From a virus (lineage: Duplodnaviria > Heunggongvirae > Uroviricota > Caudoviricetes), in the IMG/VR virus record IMGVR_UViG_2657245439_000003: DNA of 6,136 bases, one strand, 5' to 3'. Under the pieces are notes generated by a model that was given only the letters and a program-made list of their open reading frames with translations, was not told the DNA's origin and ran no database searches. Positions within the stretch are counted from its first letter, which is position 1, and every line of letters begins with the position of its first letter. Both the position numbers and the translations under genes were made by a program. Shown piece after piece: positions 1 through 6,136 of this stretch.

Positions 1-1137
1 CTGACGCTTCAGGCAGAACTCCGGACGCTGGAGAAGCATGCCGGAGCGAATGAGAAAATCAGCCAGCAGCGCCGGGATTTGTGGAAGGCGGAGAATCAGT
101 TCGCGGTACTGGAGGAGGCGGCGCAACGTCGCCAGCTGTCTGCACAGGAGAAATCCCTGCTGGCGCATAAAGACGAGACGCTGGAGTACAAGCGCCAGCT
201 GGCTGCACTTGGCGACAAGGTTACGTATCAGGAGCACCTGAACGCGCTGGCGCAGCAGGCGGATAAATTCGCACAGCAGCAACGGGCAAAACGGGCCGCC
301 ATTGATGCGAAAAGCCGGGGGCTGACTGACCGGCAGGCAGAACGGGAAGGCACGGAACAGCGCCTGAAGGAACAGTATGGCGATAATCCGCTGGCGCTGA
401 ATAACGTCATGTCAGAGCAGAAAAAGACCTGGGCGGCTGAAGACCAGCTTCGCGGGAGCTGGATGGCAGGCCTGAAGTCCGGCTGGAGTGAGTGGGAAGA
501 GAGCGCCACGGACAGTATATCGCAGGTAAAAAGTGCAGCCACGCAGACCTTTGATGGAATTGCACAGAATATGGCGGCGATGCTGACCGGCAGTGAGCAG
601 AACTGGCGCAGCTTCACCCGTTCCGTGCTGTCCATGATGACAGAAATTCTGCTTAAGCAGGCAATGGTGGGGATTGTCGGGAGTATCGGCAGCGCCATTG
701 GCGGGGCTGCCGGTGGCAGCGCATCAGCGTCAGGCGGTACAGCCATTCAGGCAGCTGCGGCGAAATTCCATTTTGCAACCGGAGGATTTACGGGAACCGG
801 CGGCAAATACGAACCAGCCGGGATTGTCCACCGCGGGGAATTTGTCTTCACGAAGGAGGCAACCAGCCGGATTGGCGTAGGAAATCTTTACCGGCTGATG
901 CGCGGCTATGCCACCGGCGGTTATGTCGGTACACCGGGCAGCATGGCGGACAGCCGGTCGCAGGCGTCCGGGACGTTTGAGCAGAATAACCATGTGGTGA
1001 TTAACAACGACGGCACGAACGGGCAGATTGGACCACAGGCGTTGAAGGCTGTGTATGACATGGCCCGCAAGGGTGCCCGTGATGAAATTCAGGCACAGAT
1101 GCGCGATGGTGGTCTGTTCTCCGGAGGTGGACGATGA
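1..1137 (+). CDS. H: Tail tape measure protein, C-terminal ~378 aa; 5' end lies upstream of the window
   Basis: Frame 1 is open from base 1 to the TGA at 1135-1137 (track ORF 79..1137 is the same frame, started at an internal TTG). The translation (LTLQAELRTLEKHAGANEKISQQRRDLWKAENQ...RDGGLFSGGGR) matches my recollection of the lambda gpH C-terminus, with an A/Q/E/K/R-rich helical segment followed by a Gly/Ala-rich hydrophobic segment. The stop overlaps the M start (ATGA). Confidence 0.93.
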   Translation: MTLQAELRTLEKHAGANEKISQQRRDLWKAENQFAVLEEAAQRRQLSAQEKSLLAHKDETLEYKRQLAALGDKVTYQEHLNALAQQADKFAQQQRAKRAAIDAKSRGLTDRQAEREGTEQRLKEQYGDNPLALNNVMSEQKKTWAAEDQLRGSWMAGLKSGWSEWEESATDSISQVKSAATQTFDGIAQNMAAMLTGSEQNWRSFTRSVLSMMTEILLKQAMVGIVGSIGSAIGGAAGGSASASGGTAIQAAAAKFHFATGGFTGTGGKYEPAGIVHRGEFVFTKEATSRIGVGNLYRLMRGYATGGYVGTPGSMADSRSQASGTFEQNNHVVINNDGTNGQIGPQALKAVYDMARKGARDEIQAQMRDGGLFSGGGR

Positions 1138-1463
1138 AAACCTTCTGCTGGAAAGTGAAACCCGGTATGGATGTGGCTTCGGCCCCTTCTGTAAGAAAGG
1201 TGCGCTTTGGTGATGGCTGTTCCCAGCGAGCGCCTGCCGGGCTGAATGCCAACCTGAAAACGTACAGCGTGACGCTTTCTGTCCCCCGTGAGGAGGCCAC
1301 GGTACTGGAGTCGTTTCTGGAAGAGCACGGGGGCTGGAAAGCCTTTCTGTGGACGCCGCCTTATGGCTACCGGCAGATAAAGGTGACCTGCGCAAAATGG
1401 TCGTCGCGGGTCAGTATGTTGCGTGTTGAGTTCAGCGCAGAGTTTGAACAGGTGGTGAACTGA
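1134..1463 (+). CDS. M: Tail tip assembly protein M (minor tail protein), 109 aa
   Basis: ATG at 1134 overlaps the H stop (ATGA), with GGAGG at 1123-1127 about 6 nt upstream. The 109-aa product (MKTFCWKVKPGMDVASAP...EFEQVVN) matches lambda gpM in length and sequence as I recall it. Confidence 0.93.
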   Translation: MKTFCWKVKPGMDVASAPSVRKVRFGDGCSQRAPAGLNANLKTYSVTLSVPREEATVLESFLEEHGGWKAFLWTPPYGYRQIKVTCAKWSSRVSMLRVEFSAEFEQVVN

Positions 1464-2161
1464 TGCAGGATATCCGGCAGGAAACACTGAATGAATGCAC
1501 CCGTGCGGAGCAGTCGGCCAGCGTGGTGCTCTGGGAAATCGATCTGACAGAGGTCGGTGGTGAACGTTATTTTTTCTGTAATGAGCAGAACGAAAAAGGT
1601 GAGCCGGTCACCTGGCAGGGGCGACAGTATCAGCCGTATCCCATTCAGGGGAGTGGTTTTGAACTGAATGGCAAAGGCACCAGTACGCGCCCCACGCTGA
1701 CGGTTTCTAACCTGTACGGTATGGTCACCGGTATGGCGGAGGATTTGCAGAGTCTGGTCGGCGGAACGGTGGTCAGGCGTAAGGTTTACGCCCGTTTTCT
1801 GGATGCGGTGAACTTCGTCAACGGAAACAGCGACGCCGATCCGGAGCAGGAGGTGATCAGCCGCTGGCGCATCGAGCAGTGCAGCGAACTGAGTGCGGTC
1901 AGTGCCTCCTTTGTGTTGTCCACGCCGACGGAAACGGATGGCGCTGTTTTTCCGGGGCGTATCATGCTGGCCAACACCTGTACCTGGATCTATCGCGGTG
2001 ATGAGTGCGGTTATAGCGGACCGGCTGTCGCGGATGAATATGACCAGCCGACGTCCGATATCACGAAGGATAAATGCAGCAAATGCCTGAGTGGCTGTAA
2101 GTTTCGCAATAATATCGGCAACTTTGGCGGCTTCCTTTCCATTAACAAACTTTCGCAGTAA
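1463..2161 (+). CDS. L: Tail tip protein L (minor tail protein), 232 aa, with C-terminal cysteine cluster
   Basis: ATG at 1463 shares a base with the M stop (TGATG). The 232-aa product matches lambda gpL in length and sequence. Five Cys codons are clustered at 1979, 2006, 2075, 2084 and 2096 (CTWIYRGDEC ... CSKCLSGC). Confidence 0.93.
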   Translation: MQDIRQETLNECTRAEQSASVVLWEIDLTEVGGERYFFCNEQNEKGEPVTWQGRQYQPYPIQGSGFELNGKGTSTRPTLTVSNLYGMVTGMAEDLQSLVGGTVVRRKVYARFLDAVNFVNGNSDADPEQEVISRWRIEQCSELSAVSASFVLSTPTETDGAVFPGRIMLANTCTWIYRGDECGYSGPAVADEYDQPTSDITKDKCSKCLSGCKFRNNIGNFGGFLSINKLSQ

Positions 2162-2166
2162 ATCCC

Positions 2167-2910
2167 ATGACAGAGACAGAATCAGCGATTCTGGCGCACG
2201 CCCGGCGATGTGCGCCAGCGGAGTCGTGCGGCTTCGTGGTGAGAACGCCGGAGGGGGACAGGTATTTACCCTGCGTGAATATCTCCGGTGAGCCGGAGGA
2301 TTATTTCCGGATGTCGCCGGAGGACTGGCTGAGGGCAGAAATGCAGGGTGAGATTATGGCGCTGGTCCACAGTCATCCCGGCGGTCTGCCCTGGCTGAGT
2401 GAGGCCGACAGGCGGCTGCAGGTGCAGAGTGATTTGCCGTGGTGGCTGGTCTGCCGGGGGGCGATTCATAAGTTCCGCTGTGTGCCGCATCTTACCGGGC
2501 GGCGCTTTGAGCACGGGGTGACGGACTGTTACACACTGTTCCGGGATGCTTACCATCTGGCGGGGATTGAGATGCCGGACTTTCATCGTGAGGATGACTG
2601 GTGGCGTAATGGTCAGAATCTCTATCTTGATAATCTGGAGGCCACAGGGCTGTATCAGGTGCCGTTGTCAGCGGCGCAGCCGGGCGATGTGCTGCTGTGC
2701 TGTTTTGGTTCATCGGTGCCGAATCATGCCGCCATTTACTGTGGTGATGGCGAGCTGCTGCACCATATTCCTGAACAACTGAGTAAACGAGAGAGGTACA
2801 CAGACAAATGGCAGCGACGCACACACTCCCTCTGGCGTCACCGGGCATGGCACGCGTCTGCCTTTACGGGGATTTGCAACGATTTGGCCGCCGCATCGAT
2901 CTTCGTGTGA
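2167..2910 (+). CDS. K: Tail tip assembly protein K, with N-terminal JAMM/MPN-type and C-terminal NlpC/P60-type domains; long form 247 aa (alternative internal start at 2311 gives 199 aa)
   Basis: The ORF is open from the ATG at 2167, 5 nt after the L stop, to the TGA at 2908-2910. It contains an intact JAMM signature H-S-H-x7-S-x2-D (HSHPGGLPWLSEAD, nt 2368-2409) with a candidate upstream Glu (E19, nt 2221-2223). It also has an NlpC/P60-like Cys (GVTDCYTLF) with downstream His residues (NHAAIY, LLHHIP). The last 103 nt overlap I in another frame. Confidence 0.88.
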   Translation: MTETESAILAHARRCAPAESCGFVVRTPEGDRYLPCVNISGEPEDYFRMSPEDWLRAEMQGEIMALVHSHPGGLPWLSEADRRLQVQSDLPWWLVCRGAIHKFRCVPHLTGRRFEHGVTDCYTLFRDAYHLAGIEMPDFHREDDWWRNGQNLYLDNLEATGLYQVPLSAAQPGDVLLCCFGSSVPNHAAIYCGDGELLHHIPEQLSKRERYTDKWQRRTHSLWRHRAWHASAFTGICNDLAAASIFV

Positions 2911-3449
2911 AAACGGGGGCCGAAGCTATCCGGGCGCTGGCCACACAGCTTCCGGCGTTTCGTCAGAAACTGAGCGACGGTTGGTATCAGGTACGCATTG
3001 CCGGGCATGATGCAGGCGAAAACGAATTATCATCCCGTCTTAGTGAGCCGCTGGCAAATGGTGCAGTGATCCACATCGTTCCGCGTCTTGCGGGAGCCAA
3101 AAGTAGCGGTGTTTTTCAGGCGGTGTTGGGTGCGGCGTTGATTGCTACGGCAATCTGGATGCCGGGGATCAGTATCGCTTTTAGTGACATCCTCTTTTCA
3201 ATGGGCGCGGCGATGACGCTTGGAGGTGTTGCACAGATGTTGGCACCGAAAGCCAGTACCGCAACAACGACCAGCACGGATAACGGTAAGCAGAACACGT
3301 ATTTCTCGTCACTGGATAACATGGTTGCTCAGGGCAATGTTTTGCCTGTTCTGTACGGTGAAATGCGTGTGGGGTCTCGGGTGGTTTCTCAGGAGATCAG
3401 CACGGCAGACGAAGGGGACGGTGGTCAGGTTGTGGTGATTGGTCGCTGA
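2808..3449 (+). CDS. I: Tail tip assembly protein I, 213 aa
   Basis: ATG at 2808 lies inside the 3' end of K, in a different frame, with SD-like GAGAGG at 2791-2796. The N-terminus (MAATHTLPLASPGMARVCLYGDLQRFGRRIDLRVKTGAEAIRALATQLPAFRQKLSDGWYQVRIAG) and C-terminus (TDNGKQNTYFSSLDNMVAQGNVLPVLYGEMRVGSRVVSQEISTADEGDGGQVVVIGR) match lambda gpI as I recall it. The middle hydrophobic segment appears to differ and is about 10 aa shorter. Confidence 0.9.
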   Translation: MAATHTLPLASPGMARVCLYGDLQRFGRRIDLRVKTGAEAIRALATQLPAFRQKLSDGWYQVRIAGHDAGENELSSRLSEPLANGAVIHIVPRLAGAKSSGVFQAVLGAALIATAIWMPGISIAFSDILFSMGAAMTLGGVAQMLAPKASTATTTSTDNGKQNTYFSSLDNMVAQGNVLPVLYGEMRVGSRVVSQEISTADEGDGGQVVVIGR

Positions 3450-3466
3450 TGCAAAATGTTTTATGT

Positions 3467-3493
3467 GAAACCGCCTCCGGGCGGTTTTGTCGT
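3467..3493 (+). terminator. Terminator-like or attenuator hairpin in the I-J intergenic region
   Basis: GAAACCGCC (3467-3475), loop TCCG, GGCGGTTTT (3480-3488) form an 8-9 bp stem with a GC core, followed by a T-rich tract TTTTGTCGTTTAT. It lies between the I stop (3449) and the J RBS. Confidence 0.35.
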
Positions 3494-3496
3494 TTA

Positions 3497-3512
3497 TGGA
3501 GCATGACGAATG
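3497..3512 (+). promoter_or_regulatory. Ribosome-binding site and start codon of J
   Basis: GGAG at 3498-3501 sits 8 nt upstream of the ATG at 3510-3512. Confidence 0.5.
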
Positions 3513-6050
3513 GGTAAAGGCAGCAGTAAGGGGCATACCCCGCGCGAAGCGAAGGACAACCTGAAATCCACGCAGTTGCTGAGTGTGATTGATGCCATCA
3601 GTGAAGGGCCGATTGAAGGTCCGGTGGATGGATTAAAAAGCGTGCTGCTGAACAGTACGCCGGTGCTGGACAGTGAGGGGAATACCAACATCTCCGGTGT
3701 CACGGTGGTGTTCCGGGCAGGTGAGCAGGAGCAGACACCGCCGGAGGGATTTGAATCCTCCGGTTCCGAGACGGTGCTGGGTACGGAAGTGAAATACGAC
3801 ACGCCGATCACCCGGACCATCACGTCGGCAAACATCGACCGTCTGCGCTTTACCTTCGGTGTGCAGGCACTGGTGGAAACCACCTCAAAGGGTGACCGGA
3901 ATCCGTCGGAAGTCCGCCTGCTGGTTCAGATACAGCGTAACGGTGGCTGGGTGACGGAAAAAGACATCACCATTAAGGGCAAAACCACCTCGCAGTATCT
4001 GGCCTCGGTGGTGGTGGATAACCTGCCGCCGCGCCCGTTTAATATCCGGATGCGCAGAATGACGCCGGACAGCACCACAGACCAGCTGCAGAACAAAACG
4101 CTCTGGTCGTCATACACTGAAATCATCGATGTGAAACAGTGCTACCCGAACACGGCACTGGTCGGCGTGCAGGTGGATTCGGAGCAGTTCGGCAGCCAGC
4201 AGGTGAGCCGTAATTATCATCTGCGCGGGCGTATTCTGCAGGTGCCGTCGAATTATAACCCGCAGACGCGGCAATACAGCGGTATCTGGGACGGAACGTT
4301 TAAACCGGCATACAGCAACAACATGGCCTGGTGTCTGTGGGATATGCTGACCCATCCGCGCTACGGCATGGGGAAACGTCTTGGTGCGGCGGATGTGGAT
4401 AAATGGGCGCTGTATGTCATCGGCCAGCATTGCGGCCAGTCGGTGCCGGATGGCTTTGGTGGCACGGAGCCGCGTATTACCTGTAATGCGTACCTGACCA
4501 CGCAGCGCAAGGCGTGGGATGTGCTCAGTGATTTCTGCTCGGCGAAGCGCTGTATGCCGGTATGGAACGGGCAGACGCTGACGTTTGTGCAGGACCGGCC
4601 ATCGGATAAGGTGTGGACCTATAACCGCAGTAATGTGGTGATGCCGGATGATGGCGCGCCGTTCCGCTACAGCTTCAGCGCCCTGAAAGACCGCCATAAT
4701 GCCGTTGAGGTGAACTGGATTGACCCGAACAACGGCTGGGAGACGGCGACAGAGCTTGTGGAGGATACGCAGGCCATTGCCCGTTACGGTCGTAACGTCA
4801 CGAAGATGGATGCTTTTGGCTGTACCAGCCGGGGGCAGGCACACCGCGCCGGGCTGTGGCTGATTAAAACAGAACTGCTGGAAACGCAGACCGTGGACTT
4901 CAGCGTGGGCGCAGAAGGGCTTCGCCATGTGCCGGGCGATGTCATTGAAATCTGTGATGATGACTATGCCGGTATCAGCACCGGCGGGCGCGTGCTGGCG
5001 GTAAACAGCCAGACCCGGACGCTGACGCTCGACCGTGAAATCACGCTGCCATCCTCCGGCACCACGCTGATAAGCCTGGTTGACGGTGAGGGTAATCCGG
5101 TCAGCGTGGAGGTCCAGTCCGTCACCGACGGCGTGAAGGTGAAAGTGAGCCGTGTTCCTGACGGCGTTGCTGAATACAGCGTGTGGGGGCTGAAGTTGCC
5201 GACGTTGCGCCAGCGCCTGTTCCGCTGCGTGAGTATCCGTGAGAACGACGACGGCACGTATGCCATCACTGCCGTGCAGCATGTACCGGAGAAAGAGGCC
5301 ATCGTGGATAACGGGGCGCACTTTGACGGCGACCAGAGCGGCACGGTGAATGGTGTCACTCCGCCAGCAGTGCAACACCTGACCGCAGAAGTCACCGCAG
5401 ACAGCGGGGAATACCAGGTGCTGGCGCGCTGGGACACGCCGAAGGTGGTGAAGGGCGTGAGCTTTATGCTTCGCCTGACCGTGGCAGCGGATGACGGCAG
5501 TGAGCGGCTGGTCAGCACGGCCCGGACGACGGAAACCACATACCGCTTCACGCAACTGGCTTTGGGAAACTACAGGCTGACAGTCCGGGCGGCAAATGCC
5601 TGGGGGCAGCAGGGCGATCCGGCGTCGGTATCGTTCCGGATTGCCGCACCGGCAGCACCGTCGCGGATTGAGCTGACACCGGGCTATTTTCAGATAACCG
5701 CAACGTCGCATCTTGCCGTTTATGATCCGACGGTACAGTTTGAGTTCTGGTTCTCGGAAAAGCGGATTGCGGATATCAGGCAGGTTGAAACCACAGCCCG
5801 CTATCTTGGCACGGCGCTGTACTGGATAGCTGCCAGTAGCAATATTAAGCCGGGTTATGATTATTACTTTTATATCCGCAGCGTGAATACCGTTGGTAAA
5901 TCGGCATTTGTGGAGGCCGTCGGTCGGGCGAGCGATGATGCGGAAGGTTATCTGAATTTTTATAAAGGGTTGATCAATAAAACGCATCTCGGCAAGGAAC
6001 TGCTGGAAAACTTTGAGCTGACGGAAGATAACGCCAGCAAACTGGAGTAA
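3510..6050 (+). CDS. J: Host specificity protein J (central tail fibre / tail tip), 846 aa; apparently C-terminally truncated relative to the ~1132-aa lambda J
   Basis: ATG at 3510 is preceded by GGAG at 3498-3501. The product ([41 protein letters not shown]...) matches lambda gpJ from the N-terminus onward with scattered substitutions. The ORF ends at TAA 6048-6050 after ...[10 protein letters not shown], the point where lambda J, as I recall it, continues with a further ~280 residues. Confidence 0.88.
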   Translation: MGKGSSKGHTPREAKDNLKSTQLLSVIDAISEGPIEGPVDGLKSVLLNSTPVLDSEGNTNISGVTVVFRAGEQEQTPPEGFESSGSETVLGTEVKYDTPITRTITSANIDRLRFTFGVQALVETTSKGDRNPSEVRLLVQIQRNGGWVTEKDITIKGKTTSQYLASVVVDNLPPRPFNIRMRRMTPDSTTDQLQNKTLWSSYTEIIDVKQCYPNTALVGVQVDSEQFGSQQVSRNYHLRGRILQVPSNYNPQTRQYSGIWDGTFKPAYSNNMAWCLWDMLTHPRYGMGKRLGAADVDKWALYVIGQHCGQSVPDGFGGTEPRITCNAYLTTQRKAWDVLSDFCSAKRCMPVWNGQTLTFVQDRPSDKVWTYNRSNVVMPDDGAPFRYSFSALKDRHNAVEVNWIDPNNGWETATELVEDTQAIARYGRNVTKMDAFGCTSRGQAHRAGLWLIKTELLETQTVDFSVGAEGLRHVPGDVIEICDDDYAGISTGGRVLAVNSQTRTLTLDREITLPSSGTTLISLVDGEGNPVSVEVQSVTDGVKVKVSRVPDGVAEYSVWGLKLPTLRQRLFRCVSIRENDDGTYAITAVQHVPEKEAIVDNGAHFDGDQSGTVNGVTPPAVQHLTAEVTADSGEYQVLARWDTPKVVKGVSFMLRLTVAADDGSERLVSTARTTETTYRFTQLALGNYRLTVRAANAWGQQGDPASVSFRIAAPAAPSRIELTPGYFQITATSHLAVYDPTVQFEFWFSEKRIADIRQVETTARYLGTALYWIAASSNIKPGYDYYFYIRSVNTVGKSAFVEAVGRASDDAEGYLNFYKGLINKTHLGKELLENFELTEDNASKLE

Positions 6051-6051
6051 T

Positions 6052-6082
6052 GCCGATCAGTTAAGGATCAGTTGACCGATCC
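6052..6082 (+). repeat. Short direct repeats with three clustered GATC sites just downstream of the J stop
   Basis: CCGATCAGTT-AAG-GATCAGTT-GA-CCGATCC: GATCAGTT occurs at 6055-6062 and 6066-6073, and CCGATC at 6052-6057 and 6076-6081. There are three GATC tetranucleotides within 28 bp (6054, 6066, 6078). Confidence 0.5.
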
Positions 6083-6096
6083 AGTGGCTGTGTAAG

Positions 6097-6131
6097 AATC
6101 CGGAAACGCTCACTTGTTTCCGGATTTTTTT
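6097..6131 (+). terminator. Rho-independent terminator downstream of J
   Basis: Perfect 11-bp inverted repeat AATCCGGAAAC (6097-6107) / GTTTCCGGATT (6116-6126) with an 8-nt loop GCTCACTT, immediately followed by a run of seven T (6125-6131). Confidence 0.6.
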
Positions 6132-6136
6132 ATGCA

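Noticed and set aside
38-241. 67-aa + strand ORF in an alternative frame within H, and similar small alternative-frame ORFs (674..880, 1893..2090, 2091..2291, 2546..2782, 3220..3438)
   Set aside because: They overlap well-supported genes in other frames, have Arg-rich nonsense-like translations and no RBS. They are treated as frame artefacts.
228-1487. Minus-strand ORFs 228..746, 730..1395, 1001..1300 and 1089..1487 overlapping H and M
   Set aside because: All are antisense to or embedded in the H/M coding frames, with low-complexity Ala/Arg/Ser/Pro-rich translations and no independent signals. They are most likely spurious.
2311-2910. Internal ATG at 2311 as the K start (199-aa product)
   Set aside because: This is the start I recall from the classical lambda annotation, and it has GGAGG about 12 nt upstream. 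But it would remove the N-terminal part of the JAMM/MPN domain, including the presumed catalytic Glu. The longer ORF from 2167, closely following L, is favoured, though internal initiation cannot be excluded from sequence alone.
4110-5987. 625-aa ORF on the minus strand, entirely inside J
   Set aside because: It is antisense to a strongly supported, homology-anchored gene. Its translation is Arg/His/Ala/Pro-rich low-complexity sequence typical of the reverse frame of GC-rich coding DNA, and it has no recognisable start context. Long antisense ORFs are expected by chance in such sequence.
6120-6136. Possible phage attachment site at the window end (T-rich TTTTTTTATGCA)
   Set aside because: It resembles the lambda att core only superficially. 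The T-run is better explained as the U-tract of the terminator hairpin at 6097-6131, and there is too little sequence to call an att site.
1-6136. CRISPR arrays, tRNA or rRNA genes, and IS elements
   Set aside because: No regularly spaced direct repeats, no tRNA-like cloverleaf candidates and no inverted-repeat-flanked transposase ORF were seen. The window is almost fully occupied by the six tail genes.

Overview
This window is the tail-tip assembly module of a lambdoid (phage lambda-like) siphovirus or prophage, all on the + strand and tightly packed: the 3' portion of the tape measure gene H (the window opens inside it), then M, L, K, I and a J-like host-specificity gene. The proteins are recognisable from memory as lambda H/M/L/K/I/J with scattered substitutions; I could not run a search, so identities are by recall. 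I do not see an obviously new biological system here. The most notable observation is that the J-like ORF stops at 846 aa, whereas lambda J is about 1132 aa, so the C-terminal receptor-binding region appears absent. It is followed by a short non-coding stretch with three clustered GATC sites and a strong intrinsic terminator at the window edge. Secondary observations are a K start (2167) that restores a complete JAMM/MPN motif, the out-of-frame K/I overlap, and a terminator-like hairpin between I and J. Antisense ORFs in the track, including a 625-aa one inside J, are judged spurious.
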